Translations under genes and position numbers: made by a program
Part shown: piece by piece, positions 44,589 to 54,464 of the stretch
Position numbering within the stretch: the stretch's first letter is position 1
How the letters are laid out: each line of letters opens with the position of its first letter
Notes under the pieces: generated by a model
The model's database searches: none
What the model was told of the DNA's origin: nothing
The model's input: the letters and a program-made list of their open reading frames with translations, nothing else
Source of the DNA: an uncultured Acutalibacter sp.
GTDB taxonomy: Bacteria; Bacillota; Clostridia; Oscillospirales; Acutalibacteraceae
Assembly: GCA_964602365.1 (NCBI GenBank)
Contig: CAZRQD010000001.1
Coordinates: 7,944-71,943 of the forward strand
Reading direction: 5' to 3'
Length of the DNA stretch: 64,000 bases

Positions 44589-47212
44589 GCGCCAAAGCTC
44601 CTCAGCGATTCCTCAATCATGCGGACCTTTTCACTAAGCTTCTCTCCGTTTGTCCTCACCCCGTCTATGACGTTCTGCGGAGCCTTGCTCATGAAGGTCG
44701 GGTTGGAGAGTTTCGCCTCCACGTTAATAAGCTGTTTGCGGGCGGTTTCAAGCTCCTTGCTCAATCTCTTGATTTCAGCGTCCCTGTCCACCAAATCCTC
44801 CATGGGAAGGTAGCCCTTACAGCTGTCCGTTACCACAGTGACGGAACCCTCCATGTCCTCAAAGGAAGGGGCGGTTATCATCCCGCTTAGGTAGGCCAAG
44901 CGTTCTATGGCGCCGCGCTCCTTTTCATAAGGGGCGGAATTTTCCGTCTCTATAAAGAGATGCGCCTTCCTAACCGGCGGTACGTTCATCTCGCTTCTGC
45001 GGGTTCTCACCGCAGTGATGAGATCCATCACCTTTCTCATCTCATCCTCTGCTTCCCCGTCGTGGAGGGATGGGTCATACTCCGGCCACTTCGCCACTAT
45101 CAGCGCTTCACCCTCATGCGGGAGGCTCTGCCAAATCTCCTCTGTTATAAACGGCATAAACGGATGCAGGAGCTTTAAGGTGTTTGAAAGCACCCACACA
45201 AGTCCCTTCCTCGCATTTTCGGCGGATTCCTCATCTGCGCCTGAGAGCCTTACCTTCGCAAGCTCTATATACCAGTCGCAGAAATCGGACCAGAGAAAAT
45301 CATATAGCTTCTGAACGCCTATCCCAAGCTCGAATTTATCCAAGTTTTCTGTGACCTCTTTGGCCACGGTGTTAAAACGGCTGACTATCCACCTGTCTTC
45401 AATCGATGTGAGCTTAGGCAGTTCAAACGGTGTGCCGAAATCGTCCACGTTCATATGAATGAACCTGGCGGCGTTCCATATCTTGTTGGCGAAATTCCGG
45501 CTGGCGGCCACCCGCTCCTCCGAGAAGCGCAGGTCGTTCCCCGGGCTGTTCCCCGTAACCAGCATGAACCTCAGGGCATCGGCGCCGTACTTCTCAATCT
45601 CCTCCACCGGGTCTATGCCGTTGTCAAGGGACTTGCTCATCTTCCTGCCCTGCGCGTCCCTCACAAGTCCGTGAAAGAAAACCGTCCTAAAAGGTATATC
45701 TCCCGTATGCTTTAAACTGGAGAAAATCATCCTCGCGACCCAGAAAAACACTATGTCCACGCCCGGCGTCACGACATCGGTGGGGAAGAAATACTTAAAC
45801 TCCTCCGTCTCATCAGGCCAGCCCAGGGTGGAAAACGGCCAGAGCGCAGAGGAGAACCAGGTGTCAAGCGTATCCTCATCCTGGTGAACCCTCCCGCCGC
45901 AGTGCGGGCAGACCTCTATGTCCTTCTCTGAAACTATCGTAGCTCCGCAGTCCTCGCAGTACCAAGCCGGTATGCGGTGGCCCCACCAGAGCTGGCGGGA
46001 AATGCACCAGTCCTTGATGTTCTCCATCCAGTTGAGATAGACCTTCTCCATCCTCTCCGGGATGATTTTTATTCTCTTATCCTTTACCGCGTCTATCGCG
46101 GGACCCGCAAGCGGCTTCATCTTCACGAACCACTGCGTGGAGACCCTGGGCTCTACCACGGTATGGCAGCGAGAGCATGTGCCGACATTGTGCTTTATCG
46201 GCTCTATGCCCACAAGATAACCGCCGACCTTTAAATCCTCAACTATCCGTTTTCTCGCTTCAAGTCCCGAAAGCCCGCAGTATTTGCCGCCGTTCTCGTT
46301 TATAGAACCGTCCTCGTTCATCACGTTGATTATCTCTAGATTATGTCTCTTGCCGACCTCAAAGTCGTTGGGGTCGTGTGCGGGGGTGATCTTCACCGCA
46401 CCGGTGCCGAAATCCATCTCAACGTACTCGTCGGCAACCACGGGTATCTCCCTGCCGACAAGCGGCAGTATGACAGTCTTGCCGACGTAGTCCCTGTAGC
46501 GGGGATCATCCGGGTGGACTGCCACGGCGGTATCTCCAAGCATGGTCTCGGGACGGGTGGTGGCAAGCTCTATATAACCGCTCCCGTCGGAAAGCGGGTA
46601 GCGTATATGCCAGAAAGAACCCTCCTTCTCCTCAAACTCCACCTCTGCGTCAGAAATCGCGGTGCGGCAGTTTGGGCACCAGTTGATTATCCTCTCCCCG
46701 CGGTAGATAAGCCCCTCGTTAAAGAGGTTCACAAAGACGCGGCGCACCGCCCTAGAGCAGCCCTCGTCCATGGTAAACCTTGTCCGCTCCCAGTCGCAGG
46801 AGGAGCCTAGAAGTTTTAGCTGCTCCAGAATTCTGCCGCCGTACTGGTCCTTCCATGCCCAGGCGCGCTTTAGAAACTCTTCCCTGCCAAGGTCCTCCTT
46901 GGTAAGCCCCTCCTCTTTCAGCGCCTTGACTATCCTCGCCTCTGTCGCGATGGACGCGTGGTCCGTTCCCGGCAGCCACAGGGCAGAGTAACCCTGCATT
47001 CTCTTGTATCTGATCAGCACATCCTGCAGGGTATTGTCCAGCGCATGCCCTATATGCAGCTGGCCTGTGATATTGGGAGGAGGTATTGCTATGGAATACG
47101 GTTTCTTTTTAGGATCAACCTTCGCGTGGAAGTACCCTCCGCGCTCCCAGAAATCGTAAATTCTCTTCTCCACTTCACCAGGATCATATGTTTTGGCAAG
47201 ATCTCGGCCCAT
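44585..47212 (-). CDS. valS: Valine--tRNA ligase
   Basis: PPPNITGQLHIGH, DWCISRQLWWGHRIP, DTWFSS, KMSKS, C-terminal coiled coil. Confidence 0.97.
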   Translation of the reverse strand: MGRDLAKTYDPGEVEKRIYDFWERGGYFHAKVDPKKKPYSIAIPPPNITGQLHIGHALDNTLQDVLIRYKRMQGYSALWLPGTDHASIATEARIVKALKEEGLTKEDLGREEFLKRAWAWKDQYGGRILEQLKLLGSSCDWERTRFTMDEGCSRAVRRVFVNLFNEGLIYRGERIINWCPNCRTAISDAEVEFEEKEGSFWHIRYPLSDGSGYIELATTRPETMLGDTAVAVHPDDPRYRDYVGKTVILPLVGREIPVVADEYVEMDFGTGAVKITPAHDPNDFEVGKRHNLEIINVMNEDGSINENGGKYCGLSGLEARKRIVEDLKVGGYLVGIEPIKHNVGTCSRCHTVVEPRVSTQWFVKMKPLAGPAIDAVKDKRIKIIPERMEKVYLNWMENIKDWCISRQLWWGHRIPAWYCEDCGATIVSEKDIEVCPHCGGRVHQDEDTLDTWFSSALWPFSTLGWPDETEEFKYFFPTDVVTPGVDIVFFWVARMIFSSLKHTGDIPFRTVFFHGLVRDAQGRKMSKSLDNGIDPVEEIEKYGADALRFMLVTGNSPGNDLRFSEERVAASRNFANKIWNAARFIHMNVDDFGTPFELPKLTSIEDRWIVSRFNTVAKEVTENLDKFELGIGVQKLYDFLWSDFCDWYIELAKVRLSGADEESAENARKGLVWVLSNTLKLLHPFMPFITEEIWQSLPHEGEALIVAKWPEYDPSLHDGEAEDEMRKVMDLITAVRTRRSEMNVPPVRKAHLFIETENSAPYEKERGAIERLAYLSGMITAPSFEDMEGSVTVVTDSCKGYLPMEDLVDRDAEIKRLSKELETARKQLINVEAKLSNPTFMSKAPQNVIDGVRTNGEKLSEKVRMIEESLRSFGA

Positions 47213-47240
47213 GCGCTTACCTCCTCTTTTCTGTCAATTC

Positions 47241-48065
47241 TCAGTCTGAAATATGCCCGGAGCCTATTCCCTCTTTTGCATCTCCAAGCGGCAGCCAGTC
47301 AAGCGCCTTCTGCAAGTAAGCGCTCCAGAAGTTCCAGTCATGCACTCCGGGACCCTCCTGCCATTCCACCTCGTACCCAAGCTTTATAAGATGGTCTTTA
47401 AACTTGCGGTTTGGCTCAAAGAGGTTGTCCTCCGTTCCGCACGCCAAGAAGAACTTGGGCTTTATCTCGGAATCCTTTAACCCTTCGGCAAGGGCGTCCG
47501 GGTCGTCCTTTCCTCCCGCGACCTTGTCGATGTCCCCGAAAACCGCTTCATAGTATCCGCGGTTGGTAAATGGATTGTCGGTATATTCGGTATGCGTATG
47601 GACCTCGGAGGAGATGAGTGCGGAGGACAGAGCGCAGACAGCGCTGAAAGTTTCGGGATGGTGAAGGGCGTTTACTATGGAACCGAAGCCGCCCATAGAG
47701 AGACCTCCAATGAAGGTATCCTCCCTCTTATCAGACAGCGGGAAAGATTTGCGGGTAAAATCCACCAGGTCACGGCTTATAAATCTGCCGTAGAAATTTC
47801 CGCTCTTTTCATTGTCCACATAGAAAAAGTTATCCCCAGACGGCATAACGACTGCGAGGTTCCTCGCCTCTGCCCAGCTCTGGACAGCGGTATTGTTCAC
47901 CCAGTCTGTGTAATTGCCAAGAATCCCATGCAAAAGATACAAAGTCTTAAACGGTCTCTGCTCCTGCGCGCCGCCGCCAAATAATTTGTCCGTGGGGAGA
48001 ATCACCCTTATGGGAACCGTACGGAACAGCGAGGGGGAAAGAAAATTGCACTCCAAAAAAGCCAT
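47241..48065 (-). CDS. Alpha/beta-hydrolase esterase (tributyrin esterase / acetylesterase type)
   Basis: LYLLHG, GGLSMGG nucleophile, CGTED, HDW. Confidence 0.88.
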   Translation of the reverse strand: MAFLECNFLSPSLFRTVPIRVILPTDKLFGGGAQEQRPFKTLYLLHGILGNYTDWVNNTAVQSWAEARNLAVVMPSGDNFFYVDNEKSGNFYGRFISRDLVDFTRKSFPLSDKREDTFIGGLSMGGFGSIVNALHHPETFSAVCALSSALISSEVHTHTEYTDNPFTNRGYYEAVFGDIDKVAGGKDDPDALAEGLKDSEIKPKFFLACGTEDNLFEPNRKFKDHLIKLGYEVEWQEGPGVHDWNFWSAYLQKALDWLPLGDAKEGIGSGHISD

Positions 48066-48209
48066 AGAAATACCTCCTTGTTTTTTCTGATTTTACCAGA
48101 TTCGCGGGTTTTTGTAAAGAGGTAAAACCGTCGGGATGAAGCGGGATGGGCAAAATGAGATTTGATATCCCGGAAAAACCCAACTCGCTCTTAAAACATA
48201 CTGCGGAAC

Positions 48210-48764
48210 CTACCTGAATTCGCAAAATTCCCAGTGGTCATTGATAACCCCTATGGCCTGCAGATAGGAATAGATTATCACCGGCCCGGCAAATTTGAAA
48301 CCGCGTTTTTTCAGGTCCCCGCTAACCCTCTCAGAGAGCTCGTCTTTTGCGGGCATCTCGCCCAAATCCATTAGGTGGTGGTCTATTATCTTCCCCCCGG
48401 TAAAGCTCCAGATATATCTGTCGAAACTGCCTAACTCCTCCTCAACCTTCAAAAAAGCCCTCGCATTTGTGACGGCGGCGGTTATCTTAGCCCTGTTGCG
48501 GATTATCCCGGGGTCTCTCATCAGCTCCTCTATTTTGTCTCCGCTATATCTTGCGACAGTACCGGGGTCAAGCCCGTCAAATGCTCTCCTGATGTTTTCC
48601 TCTTTTTTCAATATGAGGTTCCAGCTGACACCCGCCTGCATTCCCTCTAGGACAAGCATGGCATAGAGCTCTGCCTCCCTGTGCTCTGGTTTGCACCAGC
48701 GCCTGTCGTGATAATCTAAAATTTTGGGATCGCTTGCTCCGTCAGCAAAAAAACATCTTGCCAT
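48210..48764 (-). CDS. tag: DNA-3-methyladenine glycosylase I
   Basis: YHDRRW, LEGMQAGVSW, IIRNRAKI, KKRGFKFAGP, YSYLQAIGVINDH; start probably ATG 48764. Confidence 0.92.
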   Translation of the reverse strand: MARCFFADGASDPKILDYHDRRWCKPEHREAELYAMLVLEGMQAGVSWNLILKKEENIRRAFDGLDPGTVARYSGDKIEELMRDPGIIRNRAKITAAVTNARAFLKVEEELGSFDRYIWSFTGGKIIDHHLMDLGEMPAKDELSERVSGDLKKRGFKFAGPVIIYSYLQAIGVINDHWEFCEFR

Positions 48765-48859
48765 CGCATCCGTCTCCTTAAAAACTTTTGTCAAACTAAA
48801 GACTTCTCAAAAATTTTATGCTATAATACCTGCAAATCAAACTGAACCGAGGAGATATA

Positions 48860-49387
48860 ATGCAAAATCCTATTGTCACATTTGAGACCAGCCGCGGCAT
48901 CATGAGGGCCGAGCTCTACCCTGACATCGCGCCAAATACCGTTTGCAACTTCATTTCTCTTGTAAAATCCGGATTCTACGACGGAACCATCTTTCACCGC
49001 GTCATCCCGGGATTTATGATCCAGGGCGGGGACCCGGACGGCACTGGCATGGGAGGTCCGGGATACAGCATAAAAGGGGAGTTCAGCCAAAACGGTTTTA
49101 AAAACGACTTAAAGCACAAAAGGGGCGTTCTCTCCATGGCCCGCTCCTCAATGCCGGATAGCGCGGGCTCGCAGTTTTTTATCATGGTGGCGGACGCCCC
49201 GCATCTTGACGGAGCCTATGCCGCCTTTGGAAAACTGATAGAGGGAGAGGACGTCGCGGATGCGATCGTATCCGCAAAGAGGAACCGCGCCGACAGGCCC
49301 TACGAGGACCAGGTAATGCAGAGGGTCACCGTGGAGACCTTTGGTGCGGAGTACCCCGAACCGGAAAAACTGCGTGTGCGCAGATAA
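48860..49387 (+). CDS. ppiB: Cyclophilin-type peptidyl-prolyl isomerase
   Basis: APNTVCNF, FHRVIPGFMIQGGDP, SMAR, SAGSQFFI, HLDGAYAAFG. Confidence 0.93.
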   Translation: MQNPIVTFETSRGIMRAELYPDIAPNTVCNFISLVKSGFYDGTIFHRVIPGFMIQGGDPDGTGMGGPGYSIKGEFSQNGFKNDLKHKRGVLSMARSSMPDSAGSQFFIMVADAPHLDGAYAAFGKLIEGEDVADAIVSAKRNRADRPYEDQVMQRVTVETFGAEYPEPEKLRVRR

Positions 49388-49407
49388 GCCCGGAAAATTC
49401 TTTAAAC

Positions 49408-49440
49408 TATGAAGGAAGGTCTAAAGGCCTTCCTTTTTTT
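49408..49440. terminator. Bidirectional terminator between ppiB and the sugar kinase
   Basis: GAAGGAAGGTC-taaa-GGCCTTCCTTTTTTT. Confidence 0.6.
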
Positions 49441-50384
49441 CATGCCGTACCGCGAGAGATGACCCTCTCAAGTTCCTCCCTCGTGGGGAGGCCCTCGTTA
49501 TCCCCGCGGTTTGTGACCTGCACCGCGCCGATCACTGTCCCGCGGAATACAGCCTCCTTAAGGCTAAGTCCCTCGGACAGGGCGCTGAGGACCCCGGCGG
49601 CAAACCCGTCGCCTGCGCCGACGGTATCCTCCACGCGCTTAACAGGGAAGGCGGGAATATATCCGGTCTCTCCATCCCTTTGGGAGTAGTACGCGCCTTG
49701 TTCTCCCAGTTTTATAGCGACATTTTTTGTACCCCTGGCATGGTAGAACGCGGCGATCTCCTGTGGAGTCTCGCGCCGTGTGAGCATCCTGCCCTCCTTA
49801 ATCCCAGGCAGGACAGTTTCTGCGCCTTCAGAGAGGGCGTTGAGAGTGGCTACCATACTCTTCTCGTCTTTCCAGAGGTCCGGCCTTATGTTGGGATCAA
49901 AGGAGACGGGTATCAGCAGATTTTCCGCCCTCAGGATAAGCCTGCGCACCGCCGAGAGGTTTCCCTCTGATAGCGCGGGAAAAACGCCGGTTATGTGGAC
50001 CCTCTCCACGCCATAGAGGTCCATCCTGTCGATATCGTGCGCGGAGAACCGGGATGCGGCAGAATTTCTGCGGTAATAGGCAATCTCAGGGTCTTTTCCG
50101 GGGGAGAATCCCTTAAGCATGATTCCCGTCTGCTCACCCTTTATTCTCGATATGAGAGCGGTTAAAATTCCGTTTTCCTCCAAGTTTTCGCAGATTCTCT
50201 CACCGATGGGATCATCGCCAAGCCTCGTGCAGTACAGGACTTCATGCCCTAAGCGGGAAAGTCCCAGCGCCACATTATACTCTGCGCCTGCAACGGATAG
50301 AGAAAAATCCGAGACCTCGCTGAGTTTTCCCTCGCTTTTCGCCATAAAGAGCCCCATTGGCTCGCCAATCAAAAAGATGCTCAT
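49440..50384 (-). CDS. kdgK: PfkB family sugar kinase, 2-keto-3-deoxygluconate kinase-like
   Basis: AGAEYNVA, YYRRNSAAS, FDPNIRP.LW, DTVGAGDGFAAG. Confidence 0.8.
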   Translation of the reverse strand: MSIFLIGEPMGLFMAKSEGKLSEVSDFSLSVAGAEYNVALGLSRLGHEVLYCTRLGDDPIGERICENLEENGILTALISRIKGEQTGIMLKGFSPGKDPEIAYYRRNSAASRFSAHDIDRMDLYGVERVHITGVFPALSEGNLSAVRRLILRAENLLIPVSFDPNIRPDLWKDEKSMVATLNALSEGAETVLPGIKEGRMLTRRETPQEIAAFYHARGTKNVAIKLGEQGAYYSQRDGETGYIPAFPVKRVEDTVGAGDGFAAGVLSALSEGLSLKEAVFRGTVIGAVQVTNRGDNEGLPTREELERVISRGTA

Positions 50385-50385
50385 T

Positions 50386-51333
50386 TTATATCTCCGTAAG
50401 TACCAGCGAGCAGTCCCCGCTCACCTCTATTTTTCCGGAACCCGCGGGTACAAAAAGACTCTCCCCGGGGGTAAACTTTACCTCGTTCTCCTGCCCCTTA
50501 AGCCATCCGCCGCCTTCTATTGAGATGACTGAGAGGAAGGAATCCTCTGTGACTGAGATCTCTCCGCTGCCGTCCACCCTCATCTCACAGGAAGTAAAAT
50601 ACTCGCAAGAGCCAAGTTTTCTAAGGGGACGATCCGGGCTATCAAAATTTTCCCTGCTGATCTTACTTGGGGTAAATTTCGCGACATCCAGGGCTTTATC
50701 TATGTGGAGCTGACGCGGTTTTCCGTCGGCGCCTATTCTCCCGTAGTCGTATACCCGGTAAGTGCAGTTGGAATTTTGCTGTATCTCGCAGATCATTATC
50801 CCCGCACCTATGGCATGGAGCGTCCCCGCCTCTATGAAAAACACGTCCCCGGGTTTTACAGGCTCCCTGTGGAGAAGCCTCTCCACGGTGTTATTTTTGA
50901 TGGCCCTCTCAAATTCCTCCCTGTCTGTTTCTCTCTCCACTCCAAAATAGATGTAGGCCCCCGGGTCGCTTGCGAGAACCAGCCACATCTCCGTCTTGCC
51001 CAGCTCGCCCTCCGTCTTCAGGGCGTACTCATCGCTGGGATGAACCTGCACAGAGAGGGATTCTTTCGCGTCGATGAATTTTATCAGGACGGGAAAGCGG
51101 TCAAATTTCTCAGCTCTTTTGCCCAGCACCCCGGGATTTTTGGAGATATACTCCCCAAGGGTCAGCCCGCCGTAATCCCCGCCAAAAATCACGCTCTCCC
51201 CGGCGGGGTGGGTGGAGAGTTCCCAGCTCTCGGCAAGGGGATTTAATTCGCTCTCCTTCGCATAGACCTCTCTAAGTTTGTTGCCTCCCCAGATATAGTC
51301 CTTAAAAGCCGGTCTGAGCCTCTCTATTTTCAA
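50386..51333 (-). CDS. manA: Mannose-6-phosphate isomerase, class I
   Basis: YIWGG, AESWE, LIKFIDA, LSVQVHP, GKTEMW, GTLHAIG, EIQQNSNCTYRVYDY. Confidence 0.93.
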   Translation of the reverse strand: MKIERLRPAFKDYIWGGNKLREVYAKESELNPLAESWELSTHPAGESVIFGGDYGGLTLGEYISKNPGVLGKRAEKFDRFPVLIKFIDAKESLSVQVHPSDEYALKTEGELGKTEMWLVLASDPGAYIYFGVERETDREEFERAIKNNTVERLLHREPVKPGDVFFIEAGTLHAIGAGIMICEIQQNSNCTYRVYDYGRIGADGKPRQLHIDKALDVAKFTPSKISRENFDSPDRPLRKLGSCEYFTSCEMRVDGSGEISVTEDSFLSVISIEGGGWLKGQENEVKFTPGESLFVPAGSGKIEVSGDCSLVLTEI

Positions 51334-51372
51334 AACTCTCTCCTCCTAATACTATAATAGTAGAACGTTATT

Positions 51373-52716
51373 TTAGCTTAGGTTCTCAAGCATTGCCGAG
51401 AGTACTGCCCCCGCGGAGAGCATGCCGCCGTCCCCCTCCTCCACCAGTACGGCAAAGGCGTAGGGGTGGTCTCTATCCTCGCAGAAGCCGACTATCCAAC
51501 AGTTGGGGCCCTTGTCCTCGCCGACCTCTCCCGTTCCGGTCTTGGCGCAGACCTCTAAGCCTTCCGGGAAGTTCCAGTCGCCGTAGTAATCCCGGACATT
51601 GCTCCTCATCAGGGTCTTAAGGGCGCTCGCATCCTCAGCGCTCATCAAATTTTCTCCGCTCTTTGGAAGTCCGGGGGTGATCCTTGGCTCTACCGCCCTG
51701 CCGTCCCCCGCTATCGCGCCCATCAGCACCATCATATGGTAGGGGTTTACAATGGTGGTATGCTGCCCTACACCGGCCCAGCCAAGCTCGTTTGCGCCGG
51801 CGCGGCTTAGATCTATCTCGCTCTCTGATATCGGTATCCCGTCAAATTCCAACTGGCGGTTAAAGCCCAGCTCCTCAGCCTTTTTCTGCAAATCCCTCGC
51901 GCCGATCTCAAGCGCGAGATTTGCGAAATAGACATTGCAGGAGTTTCCCAGCGCCTCCGTGAGAGTCTGCTCTCCGTGGGGAACTCCATCAACGCAGGTG
52001 ATCTCGCTCCCGCCGATCTCCTGCGCGCCGTAGCAGGTGAAAGTCTTTTCAAGGTAGGAGTCCGGCCATTTTTCCATCGCGGCAAGGGTAGTCACCAGCT
52101 TAAATATGCTCCCCGGGGTAAAGGAGCTTGAGAGCGTATTGTCGAGATATACGCCGTTATACGCCTCATTCTCGTCTATATCTTCAGGAGGATATTCAGG
52201 GTCGAATCCGGGGGCGCTGACCTTGACCAAGATCTCCCCCGTCACGTAATTATAGAGCAGGACCGCCCCGTTTCTGCCGTTCATCGCCGAATAAGCCGCA
52301 GCGGACGCCGCCTGGTCCACTGTGAGTTTCACATTTTTCCAGAAAGAAAACGGAATGGGATTTAGCCCCGTGACGAAATTATAACCGGAGAGTTTAGCAC
52401 GCATGGTATATTCTGTAGAGGTGCTGATGTATCCCCACGGGTCCCCCACGGTATGCAGCAGGGCTATGCGGTTTAACTCTCCCTCCCCGTAGAGGCGCTG
52501 TCCGTTTTCATCAGTATAGGCAAGCCTCTCGCCGTTTCTGTCTGTGATCTCCCCCAGCTCTGCACCCTCATCGCCGCCGTAGATATGCCCGTTATACGGC
52601 TGCATGGCCCATCTATCGCCGTCGATTACAAATTCCGCGCAGAGGTAGCCAACCCCGCAGAGAAACACGGCAAGCAGGATATACAGAACTACAGAGCGAA
52701 AACCTACAGTCTTCAT
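51373..52716 (-). CDS. Class B penicillin-binding transpeptidase (PbpA-like)
   Basis: N-terminal TM, ITDRNG, PGSIFK (SxxK), SCN (SxN), KTGT. Confidence 0.9.
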   Translation of the reverse strand: MKTVGFRSVVLYILLAVFLCGVGYLCAEFVIDGDRWAMQPYNGHIYGGDEGAELGEITDRNGERLAYTDENGQRLYGEGELNRIALLHTVGDPWGYISTSTEYTMRAKLSGYNFVTGLNPIPFSFWKNVKLTVDQAASAAAYSAMNGRNGAVLLYNYVTGEILVKVSAPGFDPEYPPEDIDENEAYNGVYLDNTLSSSFTPGSIFKLVTTLAAMEKWPDSYLEKTFTCYGAQEIGGSEITCVDGVPHGEQTLTEALGNSCNVYFANLALEIGARDLQKKAEELGFNRQLEFDGIPISESEIDLSRAGANELGWAGVGQHTTIVNPYHMMVLMGAIAGDGRAVEPRITPGLPKSGENLMSAEDASALKTLMRSNVRDYYGDWNFPEGLEVCAKTGTGEVGEDKGPNCWIVGFCEDRDHPYAFAVLVEEGDGGMLSAGAVLSAMLENLS

Positions 52717-54464
52717 GAGCTCATATCCTCCATATAGTAGTCGGCGGACTTCCTTTTAGCCCTTCTCGCCGCATAAGTGCGCTCGTCAGAGGCCTTGATA
52801 AACGCCAGCAGTCCCCAGCAGGATACAAGACTGGAACCGCCCGCGCTGAAAAACGGGAAGGTCACACCGGTCATCGGCATGAGATCCGTGCAGCCGAAGA
52901 CGTTTAGCGCAGTCTGGAATAGCAGCAGCCCGGCAGCGGCGCAGGACGCTATGGAAAAGAAGGTGGAGCGGCTGCGCGTCACGTCGCTTCTGGAATAGAA
53001 TACGAAGAGGCATATGGCGAATATGACGGCAAGCGCCATGATAAGTCCCTGCTCCTCCGTGAGGAGACCGAAGGCCAGGTCGCTGTCAGCCGCGAAGACA
53101 TAGATTAAGCTGCTGGTCCCCAGTCCCAGCCCAAAGAGTCCTCCGCTTGCCATATAGGTGAGTACCCTCGTCTGCTGATAGCCCATATTGTCGTTAATAT
53201 GCTCCCAGGCATGCCCCCACCCCAAAAAGCGCTCTGCGACATACGGCATAAACCTTATAACGAGCAGAACCCCCAGAAATGCTCCTGTCAGCACAAGGGC
53301 TATCGTGCGAAAACTGCCGGAGCGCATGAATGCGATTATCAAAAACGATGCGAAAAATATTAAGGCGGTGCCAAAATCTCTAAGCAGCGCAAGGAAACCG
53401 ACGCAAGCCCCGGCAAAGAGCATAAATTCCGTAATATTCTTTTTTGTCTGCAGCCTATCCAGCGTGGAGGTTCCCACAAAGACAAAGGCTATCTTTATGA
53501 ATTCTGAGGGTTGAAAACTCACCGGTCCAATCGTTATCCAGTTTTTAGAGCCGTACCTCTCGTCACCGATCAGGAGGTTTGCCAAAAACAGCAGGAGAGC
53601 GCCAAGCCCGATATATACCCTGAACCTTGCGACCCTCTCTAAATCGTTCATAAACCAGATGAGAAAAGAGAAAAGCGCTACACCCAAGACAAGCGCCAGC
53701 ATCTGCGTAAGGGCGGTTTTGACATCGTGGGACGCGAGCAGCTCTATGCCCATCCCGGAGAGCAGAAAACCCACCGTCTCTATCTCAAAGCTGACATGCC
53801 TTAAAACCCCCATGGAGACGATATAATATCCCCACTCCAGCGGGAGCAGCACCGCAAGGGGCAGAAGTTTTATAAGACCCCCCTTCCCCTCAGCATTCAC
53901 CGCAAAAAGCGCAGACTGTATGGCCATGAGAATCTGCACAAGCGTCGTTATAAGCAGCAGCTTTTTGGGGGATACCGCCTTTTTTCCAAAGGTCCTTATA
54001 GTCCTGCGCGCGCCGGTCTGCGCCTCAGGAGAGTTTTTAAGGGTCAGCGCTGTTCTCCCCAATAGAATGATATCCCCTGCGCCGACAAGCGCCCTGCCGT
54101 CCACCCTCTCTCCGTTTAGGTAGACCCCGGCCTTAGAGCCGGTGTCGCAGATGAACCAGCCCTCCTCCCTTCTCAAGAGTACGGCATGGTCCCTGGAGAC
54201 GGTGGAATCCGGTATGGTTATATCGCAGCTTCTGCTTCTCCCTATGGAATTCTCCCAGTAAAGTACGGGGAACCTCACCCCGGTCTCCTCTTCCTCCAAA
54301 AGGACAAGCGGGGCTTTTGTCCTCTGCTCCATTTTAAAAGAGGTGTAGCAGCGCCACACCACATGGATCACGAGTACCGGGGTCAGCACCCGCAGTGCAA
54401 AAAGAAACAGCGGAAGCATTCCCGAACCCAAAAATCTCTCAACATACTCCAAAACTCTATCCAC
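52713..54464 (-). CDS. FHA-domain / SEDS (RodA-FtsW-SpoVE) fusion protein
   Basis: TM, then FHA (IGRSRSCD, VSRDHA, D.GSKAGVYLNG), then SEDS (FQPSEFIK, RDFGTA, GYQ, SDLAF, GVTFPFFSAGGSS). Confidence 0.9.
   Translation of the reverse strand: MDRVLEYVERFLGSGMLPLFLFALRVLTPVLVIHVVWRCYTSFKMEQRTKAPLVLLEEEETGVRFPVLYWENSIGRSRSCDITIPDSTVSRDHAVLLRREEGWFICDTGSKAGVYLNGERVDGRALVGAGDIILLGRTALTLKNSPEAQTGARRTIRTFGKKAVSPKKLLLITTLVQILMAIQSALFAVNAEGKGGLIKLLPLAVLLPLEWGYYIVSMGVLRHVSFEIETVGFLLSGMGIELLASHDVKTALTQMLALVLGVALFSFLIWFMNDLERVARFRVYIGLGALLLFLANLLIGDERYGSKNWITIGPVSFQPSEFIKIAFVFVGTSTLDRLQTKKNITEFMLFAGACVGFLALLRDFGTALIFFASFLIIAFMRSGSFRTIALVLTGAFLGVLLVIRFMPYVAERFLGWGHAWEHINDNMGYQQTRVLTYMASGGLFGLGLGTSSLIYVFAADSDLAFGLLTEEQGLIMALAVIFAICLFVFYSRSDVTRSRSTFFSIASCAAAGLLLFQTALNVFGCTDLMPMTGVTFPFFSAGGSSLVSCWGLLAFIKASDERTYAARRAKRKSADYYMEDMSS

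Noticed and set aside
47212-47241. T-box leader for valS
   Set aside because: Only 28 nt separate valS from the upstream esterase gene, and no T-box motif is visible.
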